A stretch of DNA of 64,000 nucleotides from Alphaproteobacteria bacterium (GTDB lineage Bacteria; Pseudomonadota; Alphaproteobacteria; Bin95), in NCBI GenBank assembly GCA_963665325.3, contig OZ224045.1, positions 1,600,001-1,664,000 on the forward strand. The letters are read 5' to 3'. Under the pieces are notes generated by a model. The model did not search any database. It saw nothing but the letters and a program-made list of their open reading frames with translations, and had not been told where the DNA came from. Every line of letters begins with the position of its first letter. Position 1 is the first letter of the stretch. Of the stretch, positions 38,949-49,683 are shown piece after piece. Made by a program: the position numbers and the translations under genes.

Positions 38949-40568
38949 CTATCCTCGCAGCGCCCGCATCTGCTGCTGATATCCGGACGCATCGATCCGG
39001 GCGTCGATCAACCGCGGGCCAGCGACAGTGGCAGCGGCCCGCGCTGCGCGGCGCATTTCTTCACGGGTTCGCACTGTCCAGGTCGTGAAACCGAAGCCGT
39101 CGGCAATTCTCGCGAAATCCGGAGCATCCCAGGAGAGACCGAGATCCTGCATCTGGCGTTGCTCGCGCTTGATATCTATCAGCGAGAGGCGCGCATCGTT
39201 GAAGACGACGACGGTGAGGTCGACGCCTGCGGCCGCTGCCGTCTTTAACTCGCCGAGACACATCATCAGGCCCCCGTCGCCGGTCAGCGCGACAGCGCCT
39301 CGGCCGGGATCGTGCAGCGCCGCCGCGATCGCCGCAGGCAGGGCGAAGCCCATGCTGGCGAGGCCGTTCGATATCAGAACGTCGAGCGGCGACCCGGCCA
39401 TCCAGAAGGCGCAGGCCGAAAACATGTGGGCGCCCGCGTCGATCGTCACGCGCGGTGCGAATTCGAAAGCCTGACCGACCTCCCGCACGACCGTCTCGGG
39501 CGAGAGAGCATCTCCAACCGGCATGCCCATGTCCGAGAGGAACCGCTCGCGGCAACGGGCGATCTCCACAGCGCTCCAATCGCTGGCTGTCGGCACGTCG
39601 GTGAGGCTTCGGAGCGTCCCGACAAGGTCGCCCTCAATTCGAACGGTCGGCACAACATAGTGGGGAGAGTGCGTACAGGGACAGAGATCGAGCACCGGCG
39701 CACGGTAGGGCCAGGGCTTCCGGATCAATTCGACAGGATCGAGGCCGGCCAGGATGATCAGGTCCGCGGCGCCGACGGTCGCCTGCTCGATTGCCCCGCC
39801 CGTGAAGATTCCCGCGAACATCGGATCGCTATCCGGGACAACACCCTTGGCCATGTAGGTCACCAACGCCGGCGCTCCCAGTGCCGTGGCAAGGTTCCGA
39901 ACGCCAGACGCGGCCGCAGCGTTTGTTGCCTCAAGCCCCGCGACGATTACCGGCCGGCGTGCGCTGGCGATCAGGTCGCGGGCCCGAAGGATTGCATCCG
40001 GGTCGACGGCTGCCACGGACGCGTTCGGGCCGTTCGGCGGCGCGTCCACCGGGGCCGCCATGAGATCGGGGTCTGCAAGCAGCACAGCCGGGCCCATCGG
40101 CACGACCGTCATCGAGTCCAGCGCTCGGGCGACCTTATCCGCTCCGGGCGCGTGCGCCCGGGCTTTGCCACCGGAAATCCCGCCGAACAGACCCTCGGTC
40201 AGGCCCTTCTGGTCGAAGACTTGGTGAGAGAGGTAATCGAGCTCCGCCGCATCGAACCCTTCCGCCACGAACAGCAGCGGCATCCGGTCAAGCAATGCCG
40301 AGGCAAGGCCGTTGATCGCCGAGGCAAGCCCCGGTCCCTTGGTCGAAAAAGCAAGTCCCGGGGCTCCGGAGAGCCGCCCCGCGACGCCGCCCATTATCGC
40401 GGCGGCATCCTCGCGCGCAGTGATGACCGTGCGCACCCCCGCGTTCTGCGCGGCCAAAAGCAGGTCCAGGCTGACGCCGCCGCCGGGCACGCCGAAGGCA
40501 AAGCGCGTACCGCGCAGGTAGAGCTCGTCCGCAAGCCAGTCGACGAAGCGGCGGGGTTGCGCAGTCAT
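38949..40568 (-). CDS. Thiamine diphosphate-dependent enzyme (acetolactate synthase-like family)
   Basis: FGVPGGG, E of AREDAAA, GPG, MGFALPAAI, GDGG...N ThDP motif. Confidence 0.92.
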   Translation of the reverse strand: MTAQPRRFVDWLADELYLRGTRFAFGVPGGGVSLDLLLAAQNAGVRTVITAREDAAAIMGGVAGRLSGAPGLAFSTKGPGLASAINGLASALLDRMPLLFVAEGFDAAELDYLSHQVFDQKGLTEGLFGGISGGKARAHAPGADKVARALDSMTVVPMGPAVLLADPDLMAAPVDAPPNGPNASVAAVDPDAILRARDLIASARRPVIVAGLEATNAAAASGVRNLATALGAPALVTYMAKGVVPDSDPMFAGIFTGGAIEQATVGAADLIILAGLDPVELIRKPWPYRAPVLDLCPCTHSPHYVVPTVRIEGDLVGTLRSLTDVPTASDWSAVEIARCRERFLSDMGMPVGDALSPETVVREVGQAFEFAPRVTIDAGAHMFSACAFWMAGSPLDVLISNGLASMGFALPAAIAAALHDPGRGAVALTGDGGLMMCLGELKTAAAAGVDLTVVVFNDARLSLIDIKREQRQMQDLGLSWDAPDFARIADGFGFTTWTVRTREEMRRAARAAATVAGPRLIDARIDASGYQQQMRALRG

Positions 40569-42670
40569 CGGTCGATTTTCCGGGTGGCTACCAGGCTCCG
40601 GACCGGATCGACGGTGAGAACGAACTCCGGGGAAAGGACCAGAGTCGACTCGTCCTCCTCGACGACCGCCGGGCCATGCAGGACCTGGCCGGGCCGGAGT
40701 TCGGTCCGCCGGTAGACCGGGGTTTCGATGAAGCGCTCCCCGAAAAAGACGGGTCGTGTGGCATGGGCGGCCGGCGAAGGCGCTTCAGCGGCCATGACCG
40801 CGCCGAGCGCCGCACCGAGCTTCGGGCGTGGGCCCGAAGCTACGACCCGCCATGAGAGGATCTCCGGCGCCGCTGTCTCAGCACGGCCGTATCGGGCCTT
40901 GTAGGCGGCCGAAAAGGCCGCGTGGAGATCGTCGCCACTGCCTGCCAGCCTGTCGGGAGCGACCTCGACCTCGATTTCGTAGCCCTGGCCCACGTAGCGC
41001 ATCATCGCGCTCGTTCGGACCGTGATCGCCTCAAGAGCGATCCCGGCGCCGGTGACGAGTATTTCCGCCTCGGCGCGCATCTCGGCGAGCAAGGTCGAGA
41101 TTCCGGCGATGTCGAGCGCGTCGAGCCGGCACGGCGCGGCATGACCGACCTCGAACGACACCGGTGCTGCGAGCATCCCGATGGCTGAGGCGACGCCGGC
41201 GCCGATCGGGCAGATCAGCCGATCGATGTTCATCTTCGCGGCCATTGCGCAGGCGTGGACCGGTCCGGCACCGCCGATCGGCAGCATTGCGAAGCGGGTC
41301 ACATCGAGCGCCCGTTCGATCGCGTGGATCGTCGCTGCCTGGGCCATGCTGGCGGTGACGGTCTCGTGGACGCCCCAGGCGGCCTGGACGACGGAAATGC
41401 CAAGCGGTTTCGCGAGGCGCGTTTGGATGGCAGTCTCCGCCGCTTCCCGGTCGAGCGGCATGGTCCCGGCCAGGAACGAGCCGGGATCGAGATAGCCGAG
41501 CACCAGATCGCAATCGGTCACAGTGGGATTAGGGTTGCCACGGCCGTAGCAGGCGGGTCCCGGGTCGGCCCCGGCGCTTTGCGGGCCTACCTGGATCAGT
41601 CCGCGCGTGTCGACACTGGCCACCGAGCCGCCGCCGGCGCCGATTTCGATCATGTCGATGGCGGGTATCTGCAGGGGCAGGCCGCTGCCCCCGGCAAAGC
41701 GGGTCTCGCGGGCGACCTCGAAACGGGCGGTGCGCTCCGGCTCCCCGTCGCGGATCAGGCAGGCCTTTGCCGTCGTGCCGCCCATGTCGAAGCAGAGAAC
41801 GTCGCGCGCGCCGGCGAGCTCTCCGAACATCCCCGCGGCCTCCGCCCCGGCGGCCGGGCCGGACTGGATCAGTCGAATCGGGAAACGTCGGGCGGTCTCG
41901 GCCCGGATGCAGCGGCCGTCGGAGAGAATCATCAACAGGTCCCGACAATATCCCAGGCTGGCCAAGGCCTGCTCCAGCCGCTCGACATAGCGGGCGAAGA
42001 CCGGCAGCACATAGGCGTTCGCGGCCACGGTCGACGTTCGTTCGTATTCGCCGAGCTCCGGGCTGACCTCTGACGAGAGCGAAATCTCCACGCCTGGAAG
42101 TTGGGCTGCGAGAACCTCGCCTACACGCCGTTCGTGGGCGGGATTACGGAAGGAATGCAGAAGCGCGACCGCCACCGCCGAGACGCCCGCCATGCGCAAG
42201 GTCGCGGCGGCCGCGGCCACGTCCGTCTCGACCAGGGGCGTAGCGACGCTGCCATCTGCCAGCAACCGCTCGGTCACCTCAAGGCAGAGCGCCCGGGGTA
42301 CCAGCGGCGCCGGCATGGCGATGTCGAGATCGTAGAGGTCGTACCGCCACTCCCGCCCCAGTCCCAGCACGTCACGGAAACCGCGGGTGGCAATCAAGCC
42401 GGTCGGCACGCCCCGCCGCTCGATCAGCGCATTGGCGACCAGAGTCGTGCCGTGCACCACAGTCCCGAGGTCTGCGGCAGCGATGCCCTGGCGGTCGAGC
42501 GCGCGGCGAACCCCCTCGATCACCGCGCGCGATGGATCGTCCGGGGTCGTCAGTAGTTTCTCCCGGAGTATCGCAGCCGCACCGTCACGCCAGAGCACGA
42601 CATCCGTGAAGGTACCGCCGATGTCCACGCCGATGGACCAGCCGCCGCGTTCGATTTCAGTTTCGGCCAT
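40565..42670 (-). CDS. Hydantoinase/oxoprolinase subunit A
   Basis: DIGGTFTD, HGTT..ANALIER, SGPAAG, DMGGTT, SAGADPGP, MRYVGQG. Confidence 0.93.
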   Translation of the reverse strand: MAETEIERGGWSIGVDIGGTFTDVVLWRDGAAAILREKLLTTPDDPSRAVIEGVRRALDRQGIAAADLGTVVHGTTLVANALIERRGVPTGLIATRGFRDVLGLGREWRYDLYDLDIAMPAPLVPRALCLEVTERLLADGSVATPLVETDVAAAAATLRMAGVSAVAVALLHSFRNPAHERRVGEVLAAQLPGVEISLSSEVSPELGEYERTSTVAANAYVLPVFARYVERLEQALASLGYCRDLLMILSDGRCIRAETARRFPIRLIQSGPAAGAEAAGMFGELAGARDVLCFDMGGTTAKACLIRDGEPERTARFEVARETRFAGGSGLPLQIPAIDMIEIGAGGGSVASVDTRGLIQVGPQSAGADPGPACYGRGNPNPTVTDCDLVLGYLDPGSFLAGTMPLDREAAETAIQTRLAKPLGISVVQAAWGVHETVTASMAQAATIHAIERALDVTRFAMLPIGGAGPVHACAMAAKMNIDRLICPIGAGVASAIGMLAAPVSFEVGHAAPCRLDALDIAGISTLLAEMRAEAEILVTGAGIALEAITVRTSAMMRYVGQGYEIEVEVAPDRLAGSGDDLHAAFSAAYKARYGRAETAAPEILSWRVVASGPRPKLGAALGAVMAAEAPSPAAHATRPVFFGERFIETPVYRRTELRPGQVLHGPAVVEEDESTLVLSPEFVLTVDPVRSLVATRKIDR

Positions 42671-44282
42671 GGTCCCGTTCCGCTGCCACCCCGGTCACGA
42701 GCCCGGAGGCAAGATCGGCGTTGATCGCCGCGCGGTCCCGCTCGGTCGGCGAAAACAGCCCGCCGCCGCCGGGTGTCTGGAATGTTACCTCATCGCCCCG
42801 CGCCAATACGGTCCGTGACTTCGGTTCCAACCGCTCGCCGTTCAGCAGGTCGATGCCGGGTGTGCCGCTCTGTCCGCCGATCAGGCCGCGGGGCGGGAAC
42901 TTCACGCGTTCGTGCCGGATCGTCATGGTGATCGGCGCCTCCGAGATCGAACGGAAGCGGATCCGCTGTGCATTGCCGCCCCTGAACCGGCCCGCACCGC
43001 CCGTGTCGGGCACGAAGGCCTTCTCGACGATCATCATCGGCGTCTGGTTTTCGAAGACCTCGGCCGGCTCGTTAGAGACATTGGACGGGAAACTCAGGCA
43101 GCCGGGCCCATCGCCCGTCGCCCGCGCGCCATGGCCGCCGTTCATGAAGTACATCTTCACGAAATTGCCGGTGCCATCCGGCCGTGTGCCGGTGAAATAG
43201 ACGTTCCAGAGAGGAGAGCCCGACTCAGCCACCGCCCGCTCCGGCACCACCTGCGACAACGCACCGATCACAGCTGGCGGGACGTAGTGCCCGGAGAGGT
43301 GTCGCCCCCAGACCGGCGCGGGGGGCGAAGCATTAAGCAGGCATCCCTCCGGCGCCGAGATGTCGATCGGGCGGAGCGAGCCGGCATTGTTGGGCGCTTC
43401 CGGGTCAAGGAGGCACTTCACAGCATAGCGGGCGTAGGCCTGGGTGTAGTTCAGCACACAATTGACCGGCCAGGGCACCTGGGGCGATGTACCGGCAAAG
43501 TCTATCGCCATCCGGTCGCCCTCGACCGTCACCGAGCAGGCGACATGCAGTGGATAATCGAACCCGTCGGTATCGAAAGCGTCCCGATATGTCCCGTCCG
43601 GCAGCGCGGCGATGGCGCGGCGCATGCTCTGTTCGGAGCGATCGATGATCTCGTCGGTTACCTTCTCGAGATCCATCAGCCCCTCGTCGTCCAGGAGGGC
43701 GGTCAGCTTCGCCGCGCAGTCGGCATAGGCCGCGAACTGGGCGCGGACATCGCCCAGGGTTTCATCGGCCATGCGAAGGTTTTCCTTCAGGAAGTCCAGC
43801 ACCGTCCGGCTTTCCTGCCCGCCCTCGACGATCCGGCAGATCGGAATGCACAGCCCTTCCTCGAACCGATCCCGCGCTGTCGGCGAGGGCGCGCCGCCGA
43901 TATCGACCGTGTGGGCGGTGGAGGCGGCAAAAGCGATCAGCCGGCCATCGCGGTGGATCGGGTGCACCATGGATATGTCGTTCAGGTGTCCGGTCCCGAT
44001 CCAGGGATCGTTCGTGATCACGACGTCGCCGGGCGCGAGGGTCTCGGCGGGGAACTTCGCCAGCACGGCCTCCAGCGTCCTGGGCAGCGTGCTTGTAAAG
44101 CTGGGGATGGAGCGCTTGGACTGGGCGACCAGGCGGCCATGCGAATCGAACAGGCTGAAGGCCATGTCGTAGTTGTCGCGCACCACGACCGAGAAGGCCG
44201 CGCGCAGGAAGGTTTCGGCCACCTGGTCGACCAGCCCCTCGATGCGCCGCCAGATCAGCCCGATGCGAATCGGGTCCATCAT
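42657..44282 (-). CDS. Hydantoinase B/oxoprolinase subunit
   Basis: RAAFS, TNDPWIGTGHLND, HTVDIGG, GGAGRFRGG, TPGGGG; ATGA overlap. Confidence 0.92.
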   Translation of the reverse strand: MMDPIRIGLIWRRIEGLVDQVAETFLRAAFSVVVRDNYDMAFSLFDSHGRLVAQSKRSIPSFTSTLPRTLEAVLAKFPAETLAPGDVVITNDPWIGTGHLNDISMVHPIHRDGRLIAFAASTAHTVDIGGAPSPTARDRFEEGLCIPICRIVEGGQESRTVLDFLKENLRMADETLGDVRAQFAAYADCAAKLTALLDDEGLMDLEKVTDEIIDRSEQSMRRAIAALPDGTYRDAFDTDGFDYPLHVACSVTVEGDRMAIDFAGTSPQVPWPVNCVLNYTQAYARYAVKCLLDPEAPNNAGSLRPIDISAPEGCLLNASPPAPVWGRHLSGHYVPPAVIGALSQVVPERAVAESGSPLWNVYFTGTRPDGTGNFVKMYFMNGGHGARATGDGPGCLSFPSNVSNEPAEVFENQTPMMIVEKAFVPDTGGAGRFRGGNAQRIRFRSISEAPITMTIRHERVKFPPRGLIGGQSGTPGIDLLNGERLEPKSRTVLARGDEVTFQTPGGGGLFSPTERDRAAINADLASGLVTGVAAERDHGRN

Positions 44283-45211
44283 TGTCCGTCTTTCCAGACA
44301 GGGGTCAGCCAGTGGTCGTACTCGGGGACGCGGCCGCGTACGACCGCGTCGTAGCGGACCTGCAGTCTGCGAGTCGCGTCGCCCGGGGTTCCATCGCCCA
44401 CCGGTTTGCGGTCGATGCTGAGTATCGGCACGATCTCCTGGCCCGTGCCGCAGTAGAGCGCCTCCTCGGCGAGGTAGAGTTCGGTCCGGCCGACCTCGCG
44501 CTGGATGACGGAGGAACCGGCCCCGTCGGCAATCTCGATCAGCGTGCGGCGGGTGACGCTCTCGAGGATTCCAGCGGTGACGGGAGAGGTTATCCATTCT
44601 CCGTCCCGCATCAGGAAGATGCAGCCGCCCGGCCCCTCACTGACGGTGCCGTCACGGTTCAGGATGACGGCGGCGTCGAAACCGTTTCGCTTGGCCTCGA
44701 GCCCCGCGAGGCGGTTGTTCAGGTAGTTGGCGGATGCCTTGATCCGGGGCGGGCTGGCATCGTCCTCGATGCGCCGCCAGGTGCTGACGCAGAAATGCAT
44801 GCCGTTCGTGAAGGCCGGCGCCCGGCCGCGCGACCGGCAGACGATAGAGCTGGACGCCGGGCCGGTCGCCGTCATCTCGCCCCAGTCGTCCACATAAACC
44901 TGGATACGGACATAACAGTCCTCGCGCATCCCGCAGGCGCGAATCAGATCGGTCGTCTGGGCGGTCAGAGTCTGGCCGTCCGGCGCGCCGTCGATATCGA
45001 CGACGCTGTTCGAGAAGTCGAGCCGCGCCATGTGCTCCGCGACGCGAAAGAGGAAAAGCTCGCCTGCGTCGGCGTTCCAGTAGCCGCGCAAGCCTTCGAA
45101 GGCGAGGACCGAGAAGGTCAGTCCCGGCGCCATGATCGAGACCTTTGCCTCGTCGAACGGCACAATCCGGCCATTCAGGGTTGCGTAGGGCGGGCGTTCG
45201 TTTCCGGTCAT
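44279..45211 (-). CDS. PLP fold-type IV aminotransferase (IlvE/branched-chain-like)
   Basis: FEGLR, H..RL, K of PRIKASANY, EGPG, GILESVTR, GT..EI.P. Confidence 0.92.
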   Translation of the reverse strand: MTGNERPPYATLNGRIVPFDEAKVSIMAPGLTFSVLAFEGLRGYWNADAGELFLFRVAEHMARLDFSNSVVDIDGAPDGQTLTAQTTDLIRACGMREDCYVRIQVYVDDWGEMTATGPASSSIVCRSRGRAPAFTNGMHFCVSTWRRIEDDASPPRIKASANYLNNRLAGLEAKRNGFDAAVILNRDGTVSEGPGGCIFLMRDGEWITSPVTAGILESVTRRTLIEIADGAGSSVIQREVGRTELYLAEEALYCGTGQEIVPILSIDRKPVGDGTPGDATRRLQVRYDAVVRGRVPEYDHWLTPVWKDGQ

Positions 45212-45229
45212 CGTTTCGGTCTCGTCGGT

Positions 45230-46744
45230 TCAGGTATCTGTGCGTCGGGCCCGGCGTACGCGGCAGCGCCGCCAGAGGACGAAGGCTATGGCGCTACCCA
45301 TGATCGCCAGAAGCGCAAGGAAGGCCGGACGCTTGAAGACGAACAGGATGTGCGCGTCATAGGTCGGGGCGAGGAGCAGCACCGTGCGCAGGTTCTCCTC
45401 GAGCAACGGCATCAGGATGAACCCGATCAGAAGCGGCACCGGCGGGAAGCCGTGGCGCATCATGAGGTAGCCCGCAATCCCGAAGACGAAGACGAGCTGC
45501 ACATCGAAGAGAGAGCCGCGCAGCGCATAGCTCCCGGCCGCCGCGATCGCCAGCACGCTTGCCAGCAACAACCGGCGCGGCACCGAGAAGGCGAACCGCG
45601 CGACATGCAACATGCCGAGGCCGATGACGAGATTGACCAGGTTGGCCATGATCAGCGCCGCATAGATCGCGTAGATCGGCATCGGGTTCTGCGAGAAGGC
45701 GAGCGGCCCGACATTGACCCCCTGCACCATCAGGGCGCCCAGGATCAGTGCCGCCGCGATATCTCCGGGGATGCCAAAGGCCAACAGCGGGATCAGGTTG
45801 GCGCCGGAAACGGCGTTGTTCGCCGCCTCCGGTGCGGCCACGCCTTCGAGTGCGCCCTTGCCGAACGCCTCTGGCTTCCTGGAGGTGCGCCTTGCTTCTC
45901 CGTAGGCAATGAAGGCGGCCACCGTCGAGCCAAGACCCGGCATCGCGCCGATCGCCGTGCCGATGGCGGACGAGCGGAAAAGGACCGGGATACAGCCCCG
46001 GAACTCGGGCCAGGACACGCGGTTGTCCTCACGCTTCCTGGAATAGCGGATCGCTTTCGAGGACAGTTCCGTGTTCGACCCACCCATCTGCCGGAACACC
46101 TCGGACACGGCGAGAAAACCGATCAGCATCGGGATCAGACCGATGCCTTCTTCGAGCTCGGGATTGCCGAAGGTCAGCCGTTCGGTCGCGGTGATCGGGT
46201 CAAGCCCGATGATGCCGATCGTCACGCCCACCAGCGTCGCGACCAGTCCCTTCCAGATCGGCCGGCTGGACAGCATACCGAGCGAGCCGAGCGCCAGGAC
46301 GATAAGCAGCGTGTATTCCGCCGGTCCGAACTTCAACGCGACGAGCGCGAGAACGCTGGCAAAGAAGATGAGGCAGACGTCGCTGAAGGTATCGCCGAAG
46401 ACCGAGGCGTAGAGCGCCATCTTGATAGCCTTGGCCCCCTTGCCGGCTTGCGCCAGCGGATAGCCGTCAAGCACCGTGGCCGATGCCGCGGGCGTTCCCG
46501 GCGTTCGGATCAGGATGGCGGTGACGCTGCTGCCGAACAGCGACCCCTTGAACATGCCGAGCAGCATGGGGATCCCGACCCAGGGGTCGAAGTAGAAGGA
46601 ATAGGGAATCAGCAGGGCGACGGCCATCGACGCCGTCAGCCCCGGGATCGCGCCCAGGATCTGGCCTGCAGCGATCCCCAGCACCACGGCGAGCAGGCTT
46701 TGCCAGGTGAGCGCGAGGCCGATTCCTTCGACGATCGGGTCCAT
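45230..46744 (-). CDS. tctA: Tripartite tricarboxylate transporter large permease TctA
   Basis: GAIPGL, PGTPAA..T.LDGYP, APEAANNA, GIPG; polytopic membrane protein. Confidence 0.93.
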   Translation of the reverse strand: MDPIVEGIGLALTWQSLLAVVLGIAAGQILGAIPGLTASMAVALLIPYSFYFDPWVGIPMLLGMFKGSLFGSSVTAILIRTPGTPAASATVLDGYPLAQAGKGAKAIKMALYASVFGDTFSDVCLIFFASVLALVALKFGPAEYTLLIVLALGSLGMLSSRPIWKGLVATLVGVTIGIIGLDPITATERLTFGNPELEEGIGLIPMLIGFLAVSEVFRQMGGSNTELSSKAIRYSRKREDNRVSWPEFRGCIPVLFRSSAIGTAIGAMPGLGSTVAAFIAYGEARRTSRKPEAFGKGALEGVAAPEAANNAVSGANLIPLLAFGIPGDIAAALILGALMVQGVNVGPLAFSQNPMPIYAIYAALIMANLVNLVIGLGMLHVARFAFSVPRRLLLASVLAIAAAGSYALRGSLFDVQLVFVFGIAGYLMMRHGFPPVPLLIGFILMPLLEENLRTVLLLAPTYDAHILFVFKRPAFLALLAIMGSAIAFVLWRRCRVRRARRTDT

Positions 46745-46748
46745 GCGG

Positions 46749-47243
46749 TCAGCCGTCGAAGAGCATGCCGGTCGGAAGCCGGATCGAAAATATCCGGTCG
46801 AAGAGCAGCCAGATCAGCCCCATCACCGCAACCGGCTGGCCGACGAGATAGAGCCGTCGCCGCTCGCCCATCACCATCATCAGCGCCAGAATCATGCAAA
46901 TGCCGGCGATGTAGTATCCGGCAAGCGGGACCAGTACGAACGCGAAGACGAGGGCGACACCGATGCCGGCAGCGTTCCTGAGCCAGGAGCCCGTCCCGAC
47001 CTCCTCGTCCGGTGCAGCAACTCCCCCGCCTATCAATAAGGAGACCAGCCGCACGCCCATGATAAGGGCCATCAGGATCGCCGCAACGTGGGCCGAGAAG
47101 CTGGGCGGCAGGCCCTGGTCCAGGCCGAAACCTTCGGGATTCTCGATTCCGTAGGGAATCACGGCAAAGTAGAACACGGCATCGGCCAGTAGCAGCCCGC
47201 AGAGCAGTAAGATCTCGCGGCGTGGCTGCATATCCATCGTCAC
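46749..47243 (-). CDS. tctB: Tripartite tricarboxylate transporter small permease TctB
   Basis: Several TM segments, C-terminal LF..IF.I.LPTG; lies between tctC and tctA. Confidence 0.85.
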   Translation of the reverse strand: MTMDMQPRREILLLCGLLLADAVFYFAVIPYGIENPEGFGLDQGLPPSFSAHVAAILMALIMGVRLVSLLIGGGVAAPDEEVGTGSWLRNAAGIGVALVFAFVLVPLAGYYIAGICMILALMMVMGERRRLYLVGQPVAVMGLIWLLFDRIFSIRLPTGMLFDG

Positions 47244-47328
47244 GCTTTGGTCATCCCTGCTGCGATAGGGGCCCGCTCGGCAGGCCCGCTCCCGGACGTG
47301 CGCCGGGAGCGGGAAGAGACCCGCGGCC

Positions 47329-48282
47329 TCACTTCATGCCGATCTCGGCGATCGTTTTCTTCGCGGCTTCGTAGTCCATTGTTACGATCTCGGTGAACTC
47401 GGCGCTTCCGGCGTGCTTCAGCGCCCACTTGCGTTGCTCGGCCAGCTTCCGGAACTCGGGGCTTGCCACGACCTTCGGCAACACCTCGTCCCACTTGGCC
47501 AGCACTTCCTCGGGCAGGTTCGCCGGCCCGGCGAAGCCGAAGAAGATCGCGGGAGCAATCGGATACCCGGCTTCGGTCAAGGTCGGCGCGTCGGGGTTCA
47601 CCGGGTTCCTGCTCGGCGTGCCCTCGGCCAGGATGCGGGTCTGGCCGTCAAGCGTGGCCTTGTTGCCCTCGGAGATCATCGCAAGGTCGATCGTTTCGCC
47701 CAGAAGCGCCGCCAACACCTTCGAGCCGCCGCGGAAAGGCACGTAGGTCGCCGTCACGCCCTCTTTCTTGAACATCGCCTCGACCGCGACGTGCGGGCCG
47801 CCACGCTGGACGGAGGTCGACCAGCGCAGCTTGCCGGGATTTGCCTTCGCATAGGCAATGACGTCGGCGAGCGTCTTCCACTCACTGCCCGAGCGCACGA
47901 TCAACGGCTGGTTGCTCGAGACGATCTGGCCCACATAGCTCAGATCCTTGAGCGGATGGTAGGGCGCGCTCATCATATGCGGCCGGATGGTGATCGGGCT
48001 GGTCGAAATGAAGCCCAGCGTGTAACCGTCCGCCTTTGCCTTGGCCGTAGCGCCGATGCCGATGGTGGCGCCGCCGCCCGTCTTGTTCTCGACATTGATC
48101 TGCACGCCCATCATGTCGCCGGCGAGCTTGGCGACGATCCGGGTCGCAGTATCGCCGCCGCCGCCCGCCGAATAGGGGCAGATCAGCGTGATCGTCTTGT
48201 TGGGATAGCTGTCGGCGGCAGCAATCCCCGACACCGAGACGGCGAGTGCGAACCCGCCAAGAAAACTTGCAATGCGACGCAT
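47329..48282 (-). CDS. tctC: Tripartite tricarboxylate transporter substrate-binding protein TctC (Bug family)
   Basis: Signal peptide, YPNK.I.LI.PYSAGGGGD, VEN..GGG..IG, DGYTL, VPFRGG. Confidence 0.92.
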   Translation of the reverse strand: MRRIASFLGGFALAVSVSGIAAADSYPNKTITLICPYSAGGGGDTATRIVAKLAGDMMGVQINVENKTGGGATIGIGATAKAKADGYTLGFISTSPITIRPHMMSAPYHPLKDLSYVGQIVSSNQPLIVRSGSEWKTLADVIAYAKANPGKLRWSTSVQRGGPHVAVEAMFKKEGVTATYVPFRGGSKVLAALLGETIDLAMISEGNKATLDGQTRILAEGTPSRNPVNPDAPTLTEAGYPIAPAIFFGFAGPANLPEEVLAKWDEVLPKVVASPEFRKLAEQRKWALKHAGSAEFTEIVTMDYEAAKKTIAEIGMK

Positions 48283-48398
48283 TTCGGAACCTCCCTGATG
48301 GCCTTGTCGCGAAGTCGGCGGCGGTGGGATCGCCGTCCGTCGGCAGAGAGGTTATCGCCACGCCAATCATGATGTAAAATTCATTAGCATCATTGGTC

Positions 48399-48415
48399 CA
48401 TGAGCTGGCGTCATG
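48399..48415. promoter_or_regulatory. Putative LysR binding site
   Basis: CATGA-N7-TCATG dyad containing T-N11-A in the tctC/lysR divergent spacer. Confidence 0.55.
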
Positions 48416-48434
48416 CAATTGCAGTGCGGCGTAT

Positions 48435-49340
48435 ATGCTTCAACCTGGTGAACTGAAGGCTTTCCTGGCCGTCGCCGAGACCGGCAGCGTGACCCGCGCG
48501 GCCGAACTGCTGGGCCTTACCCAGTCGGGCGTGAGCCGCAAGATTGCCGGGCTTGAGTCGGCGCTCGGATTCCTGCTCTTCGACCGAAACCGCGGCCGCG
48601 TCACGCTGAACCGGCAGGGCCGGGCATTTGCGCCGCATGCGAGGCGGGTTGTGGACACAGTCGGAAACCTGCCAAGGATTGCTCGGGCCATCGGTGACGG
48701 CGCCTATGACCGCGTTCGGGTCGCAGCCACGAGTTCTCCGATGCACGGCCTCTTGCCGCCGGCGCTCAAGCGCTATCTCGACGAACGCCCCGACCTGCCG
48801 CCAAGCGCGACGATGCGGAGCCTGACCGAAATTCTGAATCTCGAGGCAGCGGACGCCTACGATCTGGTCATTGCGCCGCTGCCGATGCGTCCGCTCGCCT
48901 TTCGGCTGGTAGCGGAGTATCCGTTCAGTCTTGTCTTGGCCGTCCCGAAATCGCTGCTCCCGCCGGATGCCGGCCCGGTCGAAGGCGTCTGGCCCGATCT
49001 GGAGCGCCTCGCCAGACTGCCGTTCATCTCCCTCGACCCGTTCGCGTCGTACCAGGAAAGCGTCGAGGCGGTGCTGGCCCGGCTGGACCTCGGCGTGCAT
49101 TACGTCGCCGAGACCACATCGGTCGTCACCGCCGCGCTGATGACACGGGCAGGCGTCGGCTGCGCCTTTCTCGATCCTTTCATCGCTGCGGCCTTCAGCG
49201 GACCGGCGGTCATGGTCGCCCTTACCAGGCCGGAGGTGCCACACGCCTACGGCGCACACGTCCCGCATGGAACCGAAGTTGCGCCAGAGGCACGTCGTCT
49301 GCTTACAGCGATCGGCCACGTCATGGGAGCCGATATGTGA
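48435..49340 (+). CDS. LysR-family transcriptional regulator
   Basis: LKAFLAVAETGSVTRAAELLGLTQSGVSRKI..LE..LG..LF.R. Confidence 0.94.
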   Translation: MLQPGELKAFLAVAETGSVTRAAELLGLTQSGVSRKIAGLESALGFLLFDRNRGRVTLNRQGRAFAPHARRVVDTVGNLPRIARAIGDGAYDRVRVAATSSPMHGLLPPALKRYLDERPDLPPSATMRSLTEILNLEAADAYDLVIAPLPMRPLAFRLVAEYPFSLVLAVPKSLLPPDAGPVEGVWPDLERLARLPFISLDPFASYQESVEAVLARLDLGVHYVAETTSVVTAALMTRAGVGCAFLDPFIAAAFSGPAVMVALTRPEVPHAYGAHVPHGTEVAPEARRLLTAIGHVMGADM

Positions 49341-49683
49341 GCTGAAACATCTCGCGACGCCGTTCGACACCGGCCGGTTGCAGCAGCGGAATCGCATCGT
49401 TCCAGCGGTTGTTCCTGTCCGATGGAAACGGTCCATCGTCAGGTTGTGGAACGAACGCGACCGGGCGCGTGCGCCGCCGGCCCATCGTCCCAGCCAGGCT
49501 GACGCGCATCGTTACCGCGAAGAAGCCGGGTGCGGCCGTGAGGAGGCCGCAAGGAAGCCCGGAAGGTCGTGGTACTCCGTCAATATTCTCACGAATGCGA
49601 GACATATGGGTGGCTTACGATGTGCCGGCCGGATTCCCGACCACGTGCGTATCCGGGCTGGGGCGGTAGTGAGGGGTAGTGCG

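Noticed and set aside
34210-46981. Long antisense ORFs (e.g. 34210-36630, 44282-46981) and similar ones across the window
   Set aside because: Typical high-GC shadow ORFs opposite well-supported genes, with no motifs.
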